A stretch of 64,000 nt of DNA from Candidatus Micrarchaeota archaeon (lineage in GTDB: Archaea; Micrarchaeota; Micrarchaeia; Anstonellales; Bilamarchaeaceae): assembly GCA_018812715.1 (NCBI GenBank), contig JAHJCT010000017.1, positions 204,019 through 268,018 of the forward strand. Reading direction: 5' to 3'. A program made the position numbers and the translations under genes. Below, piece by piece: positions 26,343 to 35,269 of this stretch. The first letter of the stretch is position 1, and the number at the start of each line of letters is the position of its first letter. The notes under the pieces are model-generated. The model saw nothing but the letters and a program-made list of their open reading frames with translations. It was not told the origin of the DNA and searched no databases.

Positions 26343-26630
26343 TCACTTCCGCTGAAATTTTATTGTAGATTCTCTTTCAGTCTGTTCTTTTATTACAGTT
26401 AAAAGCGAGAGCAACTCACTTTCGCTTATTTTGCGACCCATTCTTTTGAACAACATAAGAGCATTTTTTGCAGCAGTAAGATAAAGCTCTTTATTAGCCA
26501 ACGAAACGTTTATGAGACGTTCATAGGCAGATTCATCAAGAGCATATCTCAAAGTTGCTTTCAATTGCTCTTCAGCTTTTTTTGCTTCAAACTTTTTCTT
26601 TTTTATATCTTCGACTTCTTCGTCGTCCAT
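26343..26630 (-). CDS. PDCD5/TFAR19-like DNA-binding protein
   Basis: Charged N-terminal helix followed by the ...ERLINVSLANKELYL...SESELLSLLTVI pattern. Conserved neighbour of S19e. ATG at 26630 lies 1 nt after the S19e stop. Confidence 0.6.
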   Translation of the reverse strand: MDDEEVEDIKKKKFEAKKAEEQLKATLRYALDESAYERLINVSLANKELYLTAAKNALMLFKRMGRKISESELLSLLTVIKEQTERESTIKFQRK

Positions 26631-26631
26631 C

Positions 26632-27039
26632 TTAAACGCTCTCTTTAGCAGCCTCATCTAAGAGCTTTCTTCCATTGGCAGAAACCTTTCTCCCGCTTTT
26701 TTCCTTGACTAGCAAACCTGCTTTCTCAAGCTCCTGCATAGCTTTTCTTATAATAGAACCGCCAGCAGGGCTATGTCTCGCTGGTTTTACTCCGCGTCTT
26801 TTTCTACCGCCATAGTGCCTTCTGAGTCTTTGTACGCCGACACTATCATTCACATATGCCTGTCTCAAAATTGAAGCACATCTGAAATACCAGAAATCTG
26901 GGTCTTGTGGCGGCCTCTCTGCTTGCGCCCCTGTTTTCACTAACCCTACGAATGCAGGCTTTGGAATCTTCATTTCCTTCAGCTTTTTAGCTGTAATTTC
27001 TATGAGCTTATTCGGCTCAACATCAAATGCTGTAACCAT
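26632..27039 (-). CDS. rps19e: 30S ribosomal protein S19e
   Basis: PDFWYFRCASILRQAY and GGSIIRKAMQELEKAGL motifs. Confidence 0.9.
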   Translation of the reverse strand: MVTAFDVEPNKLIEITAKKLKEMKIPKPAFVGLVKTGAQAERPPQDPDFWYFRCASILRQAYVNDSVGVQRLRRHYGGRKRRGVKPARHSPAGGSIIRKAMQELEKAGLLVKEKSGRKVSANGRKLLDEAAKESV

Positions 27040-27121
27040 CTGTACACCTCAACTGTTGCAACCCATGATACTAAATGTAAAAATTGGATACTTCTAACGT
27101 TAAGATACATAAGTAATAATA

Positions 27122-27493
27122 TTAAAAGATATCCTTTATCCCCAAGGACCGGCAACAATCCATTATATCGCTTTCAAGTGGGCTAAATCTTCCAAATATC
27201 GTGCGTTCTTCACTTTTATGCGCCCCAACCACTAATCTTGGTCTTTCTATTAACATATCTCTATTTGCATCAACTAATTCTCTAAATACCCTGATTCTCC
27301 TAGTTGCCGTTTCACCATCCAAATCTTTTGGTATACTAACTCCTAATTCAATACAGCCAAAGGCGTTCGTTATCTTTACTATGCCTAACTTCTGTAATTC
27401 TTCTTGTGAGAAATCTCTTAATGGAATTTTCTTTTTCTTTGCTAATATATACACATAATTCAGTGCTAGAGACCGATAACTGCCATTAGTCAT
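27122..27493 (-). CDS. hypothetical protein (about 124 aa; start uncertain, 27493 or 27511)
   Basis: ORF divergent from fibrillarin. No family recognised. Confidence 0.35.
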   Translation of the reverse strand: MTNGSYRSLALNYVYILAKKKKIPLRDFSQEELQKLGIVKITNAFGCIELGVSIPKDLDGETATRRIRVFRELVDANRDMLIERPRLVVGAHKSEERTIFGRFSPLESDIMDCCRSLGIKDIF

Positions 27494-27563
27494 TTTTGTG
27501 TTACTTTGCATAGATAGACATGATATTCTCAACTTATTAAAAAATATGCGCTTCTATCTCTAT

Positions 27564-28220
27564 ATGATGAAACCTATTCTTAACGGAGTTTATCAAATAG
27601 ACAATTCCCTGGCCACTCTTAGTGCTGATCCTGGTCGTAAAGTATACAATGAAAGATTAATCAAAAAAGAAGGCAAGGAATATCGCCTATGGGATGCCTT
27701 TCGCAGCAAACTTGCAGCTGCTCTAAAAAAAGGGCTGAAAACCTTCCCATTCAACAAAAACAGCAAAGTCCTTTATCTTGGCGCTTCTTATGGCACAACT
27801 GTTTCTCATCTTTCAGATATTCTAGAAGATGGTGAAATCTACGCTGTTGAATTTGCCCCTCAGTGTATGCATGATCTGATTGAACTTGCAGAGAGAAGAG
27901 AAAATATAATTCCAATACATGGAGATGCAAGAAAACCAGACCAATATGAAGAAGTTGGCGAAGTTGATATTATCTATCAAGATGTTGCGCAGCCAGACCA
28001 AGATGATATTCTGCTAAAAAACGCCAAAGTCTTTCTCAAAAAAGATGGCATTGCGATGTTTTGTATAAAAAGCCAGAGTATAGATGTTACTAAGGATCCA
28101 AAAGAAATTTTTGAAATGGTGATAAGCAATTTGGAAAAAGATTTCGAAGTCCTAGAGAAAATAAAATTAGATCCATTTGATAAGGACCATCTTTTCCTTG
28201 TTTTGAAATATCTTGGTTAA
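27564..28220 (+). CDS. flpA: fibrillarin-like rRNA/tRNA 2'-O-methyltransferase
   Basis: YRLWDAFRSKLAAA, VLYLGASYGTTVSHLSD, DVAQPDQ motifs. ATG at 27564 chosen over the upstream track start. No Nop5 gene is adjacent. Confidence 0.9.
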   Translation: MMKPILNGVYQIDNSLATLSADPGRKVYNERLIKKEGKEYRLWDAFRSKLAAALKKGLKTFPFNKNSKVLYLGASYGTTVSHLSDILEDGEIYAVEFAPQCMHDLIELAERRENIIPIHGDARKPDQYEEVGEVDIIYQDVAQPDQDDILLKNAKVFLKKDGIAMFCIKSQSIDVTKDPKEIFEMVISNLEKDFEVLEKIKLDPFDKDHLFLVLKYLG

Positions 28221-28260
28221 ACCTCATTTATACATCTTTAAAAACATTTTCAGCTTAATT

Positions 28261-28995
28261 ATGCTAATGGATCTTCTAGAACGCCTCAAGTCAAATACTA
28301 CTCTTTACCCACCAATGCAACCTTTCACATCTCCTGATCATCATCTTACTGTTTCTTCAGTATTAGCGCACTGCCAAAGATTAGCTGGCGGTCTTGCGTG
28401 GTTAGAAGATATGATGAATGCACCGCATCTGTTTGCATTTTTTGGAGGTGCTGTTTATGTTCCAAATCACACACCAAAAGATGTAGATGTTCTTTTTTTC
28501 TGTGCTGACGGCCCTAATCACATGAGTGTTTTTCCACCTAAATTTATCCATTTTCAAAAAATCTATGAAAATGAACACACATTTGGAATCAGTATCAATT
28601 GCTGGAAGTTTCTTGTTGCGCATGCGCTTCTGATTCATCCAACCATTCCTCCGGATTTTGTTCTAAAAAGAATTGAACAAGGCAGAGATATGATTCGTGC
28701 AAGTCCATTTTTTAATGGTGGAATTGGAGATCTTCTTCTTTATGGAGCATTCAAAGAACATGAAGATTTTTTTGATATAAAATGGAGCGAGGTTGACGGT
28801 GCAACTATGATGAATAAAAGCATTACACTTGCAGAACTCCATACTCAAATTAAGAGACAAATGTGTGGTATGGAAGATCATGAAATTATGACATTAACTA
28901 AAGCTGCCATGAGAAGGATGCGAGTAAATAATAAGAAAAGAGAAGCATTAGGAAAAAGATTTTTTCAAGAATTAAGAAAATTACAATTTCAATAA
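28261..28995 (+). CDS. hypothetical protein with a possible Pol-beta-fold nucleotidyltransferase motif
   Basis: FFGGAVYVPNHTPKDVDVLFF fits hG[GS]x9-13DhDh. ATG at 28261 (the track start at 28213 is TTG). Confidence 0.35.
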   Translation: MLMDLLERLKSNTTLYPPMQPFTSPDHHLTVSSVLAHCQRLAGGLAWLEDMMNAPHLFAFFGGAVYVPNHTPKDVDVLFFCADGPNHMSVFPPKFIHFQKIYENEHTFGISINCWKFLVAHALLIHPTIPPDFVLKRIEQGRDMIRASPFFNGGIGDLLLYGAFKEHEDFFDIKWSEVDGATMMNKSITLAELHTQIKRQMCGMEDHEIMTLTKAAMRRMRVNNKKREALGKRFFQELRKLQFQ

Positions 28996-29400
28996 GTTCA
29001 ATCCTGTTTTTTCATCTTTTTCTCTTTTGATTTTTGTTTTGAATTGGATTATTGCAATCTCACAGGTAGGACTAATTACTGCCCTTACCAAATGCCCGCC
29101 ATAAGAAGTGAAATCAGCATTAGCAACAATAATATGTGCATGTACCAGTGGTTCATCATCGAGCAGCGTTACATTGCCATTCAATGAAACAATCTCAAAC
29201 ATACCCTCTGTTATTTTTGAGTTATACTTTTTCTCTTTAGTGTCAAAATGGGCGATTTCAATTTCTCTTGTTGCACCTATCCCGCTAAATATTGCATTTT
29301 CAATATTTTCTTTTTTACAGATGCGAGTAAGCATCTCCATTATTTCTTCTCCTTCATCAAGACGCAGTACAATCTCATGTTTGCCTTTTTTATATCTCAT
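28981..29400 (-). CDS. PPC (DUF296) domain protein
   Basis: About 139 aa. The pattern GIGATREIEIAHFD...EIVSLNGNV...HAHIIVA...GGHL is typical of PPC/DUF296. TAATG coupling to pyrI. Confidence 0.5.
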   Translation of the reverse strand: MRYKKGKHEIVLRLDEGEEIMEMLTRICKKENIENAIFSGIGATREIEIAHFDTKEKKYNSKITEGMFEIVSLNGNVTLLDDEPLVHAHIIVANADFTSYGGHLVRAVISPTCEIAIIQFKTKIKREKDEKTGLNLLKL

Positions 29401-29831
29401 TATACTAGCTCCTCTGCTTCTACTAGTTTTTCACAATATCCACATCTATAATTCCCATCCTCCATCTTAAATCTATTTTCTGTTTCTTCGCTATTTGTTA
29501 TGCAATTTGGATTTGGGCATTTACCTGCTCCTTTTAGTTCAGCAGGGAGCTCAACTCTAAATTTCTTTTCTACTTTTTCATTTTGTATAATATTTATTGT
29601 GGCTCCGGGAGAGATCAAAGCAATAATATTTGCAGCTTCATCACCAACAATTTTTCCCTCAATCTTTACAATATCCTTTGTTCCTCCTTTCTTACTTGGA
29701 ACATGCATCATCAGTGCTACTCTGTGCGGGTAATCCTCCCCTATTTTCAAAACTTCAAGAACCCTTCCTCCTTTTCCTGCTTTTATGTGGTCTACTACAG
29801 TTCCCATTTCAATTGTATCTACCTTTAGCAT
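29400..29831 (-). CDS. pyrI: aspartate carbamoyltransferase regulatory chain
   Basis: GTVVDHI N-domain and zinc domain CPNPNCITN...YRCGYCEK. Confidence 0.9.
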   Translation of the reverse strand: MLKVDTIEMGTVVDHIKAGKGGRVLEVLKIGEDYPHRVALMMHVPSKKGGTKDIVKIEGKIVGDEAANIIALISPGATINIIQNEKVEKKFRVELPAELKGAGKCPNPNCITNSEETENRFKMEDGNYRCGYCEKLVEAEELV

Positions 29832-29835
29832 GTTA

Positions 29836-30723
29836 TCACCTTAGAAGATATTCAAGAACAGCCATTCTCAACGGTATGCCGTAATGCGCCTGTTCGAAGT
29901 ATTTTGCCTGTGGCATTTCATCAATAGAACTCTCTATTTCATTTATTTTAGGAAGTGGATGAAGTATTGCCAGGTCTTCCTTTGCATCTTTTAGATCTGC
30001 TTTTTTCACTCTGAACTCTTCCTGAACTCGTTGTGCTTCATATGGGTCAGCAAATCTTTCTGCTTGTATCCTACAAACATACAACACATCTGCATCAGAG
30101 TAATTTGGTGTATTATCTATCTTTACATTCAATCCAAACTTCTTATTTACTTCATCTAAATATCGGGGATCCATCTCAAGTCCTTTAGGAGAAACAAGTG
30201 TAATGTTTGCATTAAACATTGCAAGTCCATAAACTAGTGATCTCATGGTTCTTGCGTGTTTCATGTCTCCGAGCAAAGTAACGTTCAATCCTTTTATCCT
30301 TCCCTTACTTTTTCTTATTGAAAATAAATCAATCAGCGTTTGTGTTGGATGTTGGTTTCCTCCATCTCCCCCATTTACAACCGGTTTATTACTTACACTT
30401 GCAGCAAGCCTCGCAGAACCTTCTTTTGGGTGTCTTACTGCTAAAGCATCAGCATATCCAGTCACAGTCTTTATAGTGTCAACAAAACTTTCGCCTTTTT
30501 TCAAAGAGCTGCTTTCAGGCAAAAAATCCAATATTTCCATCCCGCATCTCATTGCAGCCGATTGAAAGGATAATTTTGTTCTTGTAGATGGTTCAAAAAA
30601 TAATGTTGCCAGTATTTTTCCCTTCAGATCAACTTCGTGTTCCTTGTTATGTATTTTTTCCGTTGTGTCAAGAATGGCCTCTATATCTTTCAGTCCAACA
30701 TCTCTTATAGAAATTAGATCCAT
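29836..30723 (-). CDS. pyrB: aspartate carbamoyltransferase catalytic chain
   Basis: FFEPSTRTKLSF, HPTQ and HPLP motifs. ATG at 30723 is preferred over the track start at 30783. Confidence 0.9.
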   Translation of the reverse strand: MDLISIRDVGLKDIEAILDTTEKIHNKEHEVDLKGKILATLFFEPSTRTKLSFQSAAMRCGMEILDFLPESSSLKKGESFVDTIKTVTGYADALAVRHPKEGSARLAASVSNKPVVNGGDGGNQHPTQTLIDLFSIRKSKGRIKGLNVTLLGDMKHARTMRSLVYGLAMFNANITLVSPKGLEMDPRYLDEVNKKFGLNVKIDNTPNYSDADVLYVCRIQAERFADPYEAQRVQEEFRVKKADLKDAKEDLAILHPLPKINEIESSIDEMPQAKYFEQAHYGIPLRMAVLEYLLR

Positions 30724-30796
30724 ATAAGCACCATAGACTATTGAGAATATAGTTTTATATACCGCTACCAACCCATAATTCATATAAATCTAACGT

Positions 30797-33700
30797 ATGT
30801 CATCTATACGATGCGCTATGAGTAGATCGTTGTTATTACTGGTTCTAAGTGTATTATTGCTCTCAAGTTTTGCTTTTGCTGCAACTCTTGAAGTTACTAC
30901 AGGCACAAGTTGTGTTGGTTCTCCTGATGGAACATTCACAACGATCCAGGCTGCAATAAATAACGCATCTACTGGTGATGTAGTAATTGTGTGTGATGGC
31001 ACGTATACAGAAAATGTTGAAGTGAACACATCGATAAACCTATCAGGTGAAACTCCTGATGTTACTGTTGTAGCTTTCAATGATACATTACCTGCAATTA
31101 CTACTTATGCCAGCAATGTTAACATTACTAATTTTACTGTTACTGGTGCAGATGGCATTGGTGATTATTCATGCGGATTATTAGTAGGCCGAGTATTAAC
31201 TGGCAAATTTCCTGATACTGAAAATGTTACTGTCTATAATGTAATAGCAGAAGATAATGATAATGGATTTTGTGTTTATGATGATACTGTTTCTTTGGTT
31301 GGTCTTGTAAATGTAACAGCAGATGGAAATGATATCGGCATTTTTCTAACATCATTGTCTACTACTTATGGTCCAAATTATGTGTTTGTAATTAATTCTA
31401 CCATGACTGACAACGCAGTTGGATTAAAGCTCTATAGAACTAATTATACATTTGTATATAACAACACATTTTATGCCAACAATCGTGATGCGGGCCATTT
31501 CGATATTTCAGGTGGATTTGGCGTATGGTCACAATCGCATGTAAGAAATCTTGATTTCATGTATAATAATATCTCTGAGAATGATGCTGGTTTTCTTGCT
31601 GGCTGTGATTGGCCTTGTATAACTCTTGGAGAACACCTGGCTGATGCAAGAATAGCTTTCAATAATTTCACTGATAATGTAATGTTGTCACTTGTAATGG
31701 ATCAGGATCATATTGATCCGTCTTCTCCTATAAATGTCACTGGAAATCGTTTTACTGGCGATACATTATTCCATTTTGTTACAGATGATATGTACAATCT
31801 TACTGTAGCTGATAATTATTTCAGCGATGCTGTAGCCTGTATTGGTTTTGGCTTTACCTCAGGACCGGTAGATATTTTTTCGAACTACATAACTGATTGC
31901 CAGGTTGGAATGGCTTTCTTAGAGCTTGAAGAAAATACATTGTTTGTGTATGACAATGAACTTGTTAACAATTACTTCAATTTTGGTGTTCTTTCAGCCT
32001 TTGGAAGCGGATATATCCAGAATATATCTACTAACAATACAGTTGATGGCAAGCCAATCTATTACTTTGTCAATGGGACCACTGGAGATGGAAATACTAA
32101 TTTCAATCCTGTTCCTGCAGATGCCGGATATGTGGCTTTAATTCTTACAAATAATTCAAGAGTTGAAAATCTCTTATTAGAACATAATATTAACGGGTTA
32201 GTTGCTCTCGAGTCAGTCAATGTCACTGTTGATAATGTAAGCATGGTGACTAATTTTTGGGGGGCATTCCTGGGAACAGTTAATTCTACTTATAGTAATG
32301 TAGAAATTAGCGACTGTAATAATCCTGTTATCACCCCATACCTGTCAACATATCTTGGTTATTTCATGTGCGGTTTGATTACAGCAGCATTCAACAATAC
32401 GTACAATAATTTTTCAATCTATGACCAGGAGGAGTGTTATCTTCTTGCAATGAATGCAACTGGATATCAAGGTTGGGCCCCTGGTTGGGGAGATACGATC
32501 TACGCAAACAACTTCACCATCGGTTATACTGAAACCACTGGTCTTATCAATTACAGATACTTTGAAATTCACGGCGGCGGATCAAGTACAATGAACCTCA
32601 CATGGCTTGTCCCAAAAGATCTTTCATTATTTAATGCAACAGTTTTACTAGATGACTTTATTGTCTTGATAAACGACTCTGATCCTGCAGTTGAACCTTA
32701 TTTCGAAAACCCGGCGAATGTTACATTATTGGGGGCTGGCTGTCCTTTGACATATTACAATGTAACTGGTTTCCCAACAACTGAAGCAGCCATACTCACA
32801 GCCGCAACAGAATTTACTCCAAATATCATCTCAGCTTGTAATGGCGGGCTAACAACCTTTGAAGTTCCTGGATTTACTGGCTATTTTGTTGCTGGACCAG
32901 AAGATGATGAAGATGATGGGGAGAATCAGATATCATTAGATTATGAAAGACTGGAATGTCCAGAAAATGGAGTTTTATTAACTGCAACTCGTGGCAATAC
33001 GGTTCTTTCTAATGTTGAATTTAGAGTTTTATTCAATAGTTTATTCTATGATCTTATTCCATCTGCACCTGGAGAGTATCAACTTATGCTAACTGCAGAA
33101 GGGGATTATGATATTACTGCAAGAAAGAGCAGTTACAACGATGACAGCGTTTCATTTACTTTTGAACTCTGTGAAGTAGATGAAACACATTTAGCGTGTG
33201 TGAATTCTGCATGTGTTAGAGTGAGTGGTGCTGGTGAAAACCTCTGTTCCTCAAGTGCAGATTGTGAAGAAACCCCAGTATACGAATGCTATTCAGATGG
33301 CGATTGCGATGATGCATACTTCTGTGATATTCCAGCAGGACAAATCGGAGGAACATGCGAACCAGTAACTGGCGAATGCGGCTATCCACAAAATCATACC
33401 TGGGTGCAATATGAATGTGGCAATGAAGTGGGATGTCAGCCATGCCCAGAAGGAGAAGTTTGCGTAAATCATGTATGTGCTGAAAGATTACTTACTGGTC
33501 CTGAAACCGGCTTTGTAGGAGACAATGTAACACTCAATGGAAAAGAAAACGGTGGGCCGTGTGCACTTTGTGATGTTGTCATACTTAATCCTGTGGGCGA
33601 AACCCTCTACGGCAAAACAAATACTAATGGTGATCTTAATCTTCCGTTAACTATGAAAGGAAATTATTCCATTGGTCTTCTTGCTCCAGATGGTGCAATC

Positions 33701-33862
33701 GTATCAACAATAATTGTTGAAGCACTTCCAAAGGCCCAACCTTCAGAACCATCAAAACCAACACAAGAAATGCCACCTGACTATACCTGGCTTTGGTTCT
33801 TGATTTTACTCCTGATATTGGCAGCAGCATTCTTCTATTTGAGAAAAAGAGGCAAAAAATGA
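30797..33862 (+). CDS. large surface protein: signal peptide, right-handed parallel beta-helix (PbH1/NosD-like) repeats, beta-sandwich, Cys-rich module, C-terminal TM anchor
   Basis: N-term MSRSLLLLVLSVLLLSSFAFA (start 30797 or 30818). TIQAAINNASTGDVVIVCDGTYTENVEV start of the beta-helix. Many NxS/T sequons. C-terminal WLWFLILLLILAAAFFYLRKRGKK. Confidence 0.8.
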   Translation: MSSIRCAMSRSLLLLVLSVLLLSSFAFAATLEVTTGTSCVGSPDGTFTTIQAAINNASTGDVVIVCDGTYTENVEVNTSINLSGETPDVTVVAFNDTLPAITTYASNVNITNFTVTGADGIGDYSCGLLVGRVLTGKFPDTENVTVYNVIAEDNDNGFCVYDDTVSLVGLVNVTADGNDIGIFLTSLSTTYGPNYVFVINSTMTDNAVGLKLYRTNYTFVYNNTFYANNRDAGHFDISGGFGVWSQSHVRNLDFMYNNISENDAGFLAGCDWPCITLGEHLADARIAFNNFTDNVMLSLVMDQDHIDPSSPINVTGNRFTGDTLFHFVTDDMYNLTVADNYFSDAVACIGFGFTSGPVDIFSNYITDCQVGMAFLELEENTLFVYDNELVNNYFNFGVLSAFGSGYIQNISTNNTVDGKPIYYFVNGTTGDGNTNFNPVPADAGYVALILTNNSRVENLLLEHNINGLVALESVNVTVDNVSMVTNFWGAFLGTVNSTYSNVEISDCNNPVITPYLSTYLGYFMCGLITAAFNNTYNNFSIYDQEECYLLAMNATGYQGWAPGWGDTIYANNFTIGYTETTGLINYRYFEIHGGGSSTMNLTWLVPKDLSLFNATVLLDDFIVLINDSDPAVEPYFENPANVTLLGAGCPLTYYNVTGFPTTEAAILTAATEFTPNIISACNGGLTTFEVPGFTGYFVAGPEDDEDDGENQISLDYERLECPENGVLLTATRGNTVLSNVEFRVLFNSLFYDLIPSAPGEYQLMLTAEGDYDITARKSSYNDDSVSFTFELCEVDETHLACVNSACVRVSGAGENLCSSSADCEETPVYECYSDGDCDDAYFCDIPAGQIGGTCEPVTGECGYPQNHTWVQYECGNEVGCQPCPEGEVCVNHVCAERLLTGPETGFVGDNVTLNGKENGGPCALCDVVILNPVGETLYGKTNTNGDLNLPLTMKGNYSIGLLAPDGAIVSTIIVEALPKAQPSEPSKPTQEMPPDYTWLWFLILLLILAAAFFYLRKRGKK

Positions 33863-34425
33863 AGCTTGTAGTTATTGAGGGTATAGACGGCTGCGGGAAG
33901 GAGACTCAGATAAAACTCCTAAAAGAAAAGTTCCCTAACGCAGTTGTATTCAAATACCCAACGAAACGCTATTCTTTACTCAATGACTATCTTGAAAAAA
34001 AAGCTGAATTAAACCCAAAAGCCCTTTTCCTTTTATTTCTCTCAGATATAGCCAATGAGCAGAAAAAAGTAAAAAAAACCCTTGAAGATGACAAACTTGT
34101 AATTCTGGATCGCTATGTTTTCTCAACTATTGCCTATGAAATTAATGGCATCTCTTACAAACAAGGAAAAAAAATTGTCGAAGATTGTGATTTTCTAAAA
34201 CCCGACATGGTTCTTCTCCTTGATATAACCTCAGAAACTTCACAAAGTCGTAAGAAAAAGCAAAAACAGCTCGATCGTTATGAAGAAAATGCAGAATACC
34301 TCGAACAAGTAAGATCAAATTTTTTGAAACTCTCTGAAGAAAGGTTTTTAACACCTAATTGGCACAGAATTGACGCTAGCAAGGATATAAATTCAATCCA
34401 TGCAGAAATAATGAAACTTCTTTAG
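33859..34425 (+). CDS. tmk: thymidylate kinase
   Basis: MKLVVIEGIDGCGKETQ P-loop and DRY motif (LDRYVFS). ATGA overlap with the upstream surface-protein gene. Confidence 0.85.
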   Translation: MKLVVIEGIDGCGKETQIKLLKEKFPNAVVFKYPTKRYSLLNDYLEKKAELNPKALFLLFLSDIANEQKKVKKTLEDDKLVILDRYVFSTIAYEINGISYKQGKKIVEDCDFLKPDMVLLLDITSETSQSRKKKQKQLDRYEENAEYLEQVRSNFLKLSEERFLTPNWHRIDASKDINSIHAEIMKLL

Positions 34426-34609
34426 CTGCGTTCGTCTAGTCCGGCCAAGGATAGTGGACTTTCACAAACTTTTTGAAAAACAGCAAAGAACTTTGTTCTT
34501 TGTGCCCCATGAAAACCATTCGGTTTTCATTCGGGAAGTTTGATCAAAAACCAAATCTCGAAAAGTTTGAAGAACTCCATTGACCTGGGTTCGAATCCCA
34601 GACGCAGCA
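34425..34609 (+). tRNA. tRNA-Glu(UUC) interrupted by a 110-nt intron at the canonical 37/38 position
   Basis: Acceptor GCUGCGU/ACGCAGC+A. D-loop AGUCCGGCCAA typical of tRNA-Glu. Anticodon arm GUGGA-CUUUCAC-UCCAU after splicing. T-arm CUGGG-UUCGAAU-CCCAG. Exons 34425-34464 and 34575-34609. A T-run follows. Confidence 0.85.
34465..34574 (+). other. tRNA intron with canonical helix-bulge-helix-bulge-helix splice motif
   Basis: 3-nt bulges CAC and AAC are separated by 4 bp (CUUU/GAAG). These are flanked by the anticodon stem and an 8-bp intron helix AAACUUUU/AAAAGUUU. Internal hairpins are CAAAGAAC-UUU-GUUCUUUG and AUGAAAACC-AUU-CGGUUUUCAU. Confidence 0.75.
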
Positions 34610-34707
34610 TTTTTTCTTGAATAGCAGATGCCATTCACCAATATGTAATTTGCTCAAAAAATAACCGTACCAAACTATTTATAGCGTAAGGGCATATCTT
34701 TGAAACA

Positions 34708-35181
34708 ATGAAGGCCATACTTTTCGAGCCGAAATACCAGAAAGCAGTGCTTGAACTGAACGAACTTGCATTGAAACGATCGAAATACATAGGAAAAACA
34801 GTGGACTCTAACTGGCACGATGATCTCGTAAAAATAAAGGAATTATATTTGGATAATAATGGTGCTTTTTTGCTATGGCTTGTTGGTGACAAGCTAATAG
34901 GAATGGGTGGTCTTCTCAAAGTTGATACAAATACCGCCAATATCAAGAGAATAAGGGTACATCCAGATTACCAGCATAAAGGATTATCTAGCGAAATTTT
35001 AGCAGAACTGGAAAAGAGAGCGAGGGTGCTTGGTTATAATCGACTAATCACAAACGTTGCTAAAGGCAACATCCCTGCAGAAAAAATGTTTCTTAAAGCT
35101 AATTTCAAACCAGTTGAAGAAAAACATTTCTTTTCTGTACTCTGCACTGTTTTTGAAAAAAAGTGCGAAGTACTTTATTAA
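34708..35181 (+). CDS. GNAT family N-acetyltransferase
   Basis: IRVHPDYQHKGLSSEILAELEKRA (R/QxxGxG/A-type acetyl-CoA motif). TTTATA box about 27 nt upstream of the ATG. Confidence 0.75.
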   Translation: MKAILFEPKYQKAVLELNELALKRSKYIGKTVDSNWHDDLVKIKELYLDNNGAFLLWLVGDKLIGMGGLLKVDTNTANIKRIRVHPDYQHKGLSSEILAELEKRARVLGYNRLITNVAKGNIPAEKMFLKANFKPVEEKHFFSVLCTVFEKKCEVLY

Positions 35182-35207
35182 CCTGGCGTTGAATCCCAGA
35201 ACTGCAA
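35181..35207 (+). repeat. degenerate copy of the tRNA-Glu 3' end (T-arm/acceptor)
   Basis: acctggcgttgaatcccagaactgcaa compared with the tRNA acctgggttcgaatcccagacgcagca. The blocks acctgg and gaatcccaga are identical at the same spacing (17 of the first 20 nt match). Confidence 0.45.
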
Positions 35208-35269
35208 TCCGTTTAGGATTTGCTGAATACAAACACAGTATTATATTAAACAAACCCATATTTTTGATT

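Noticed and set aside
30790-31080. 96-aa minus-strand ORF.
   Set aside because: It overlaps the signal peptide and first beta-helix turns of the 1021-aa surface protein gene. It has no independent support.
33780-33862. PGF-CTERM or other known archaeosortase signals on the surface proteins.
   Set aside because: The C-terminal tails lack the PGF tripeptide. Only a tentative P-C-I motif appears in two proteins, and that is reported separately at low interest.
34536-34549. The 11-mer GGAAGTTTGAT is shared between the tRNA intron and the minus strand of the 64-bp repeats.
   Set aside because: It is a single short AT-rich match, plausible by chance in 128 kb of two-strand sequence. There is no extended similarity.
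34465-34574. C/D box sRNA embedded in the tRNA-Glu intron, as in some archaeal tRNA-Trp introns.
   Set aside because: There are only imperfect C-like strings (UGAUCA, AUGAAAA). There is no CUGA D box and no terminal stem arrangement.
35057-35269. 71-aa N-terminal extension of the 372-aa ORF in the track.
   Set aside because: It overlaps the GNAT gene and the tRNA-like fragment. A classical signal peptide begins at the internal ATG at 35270.
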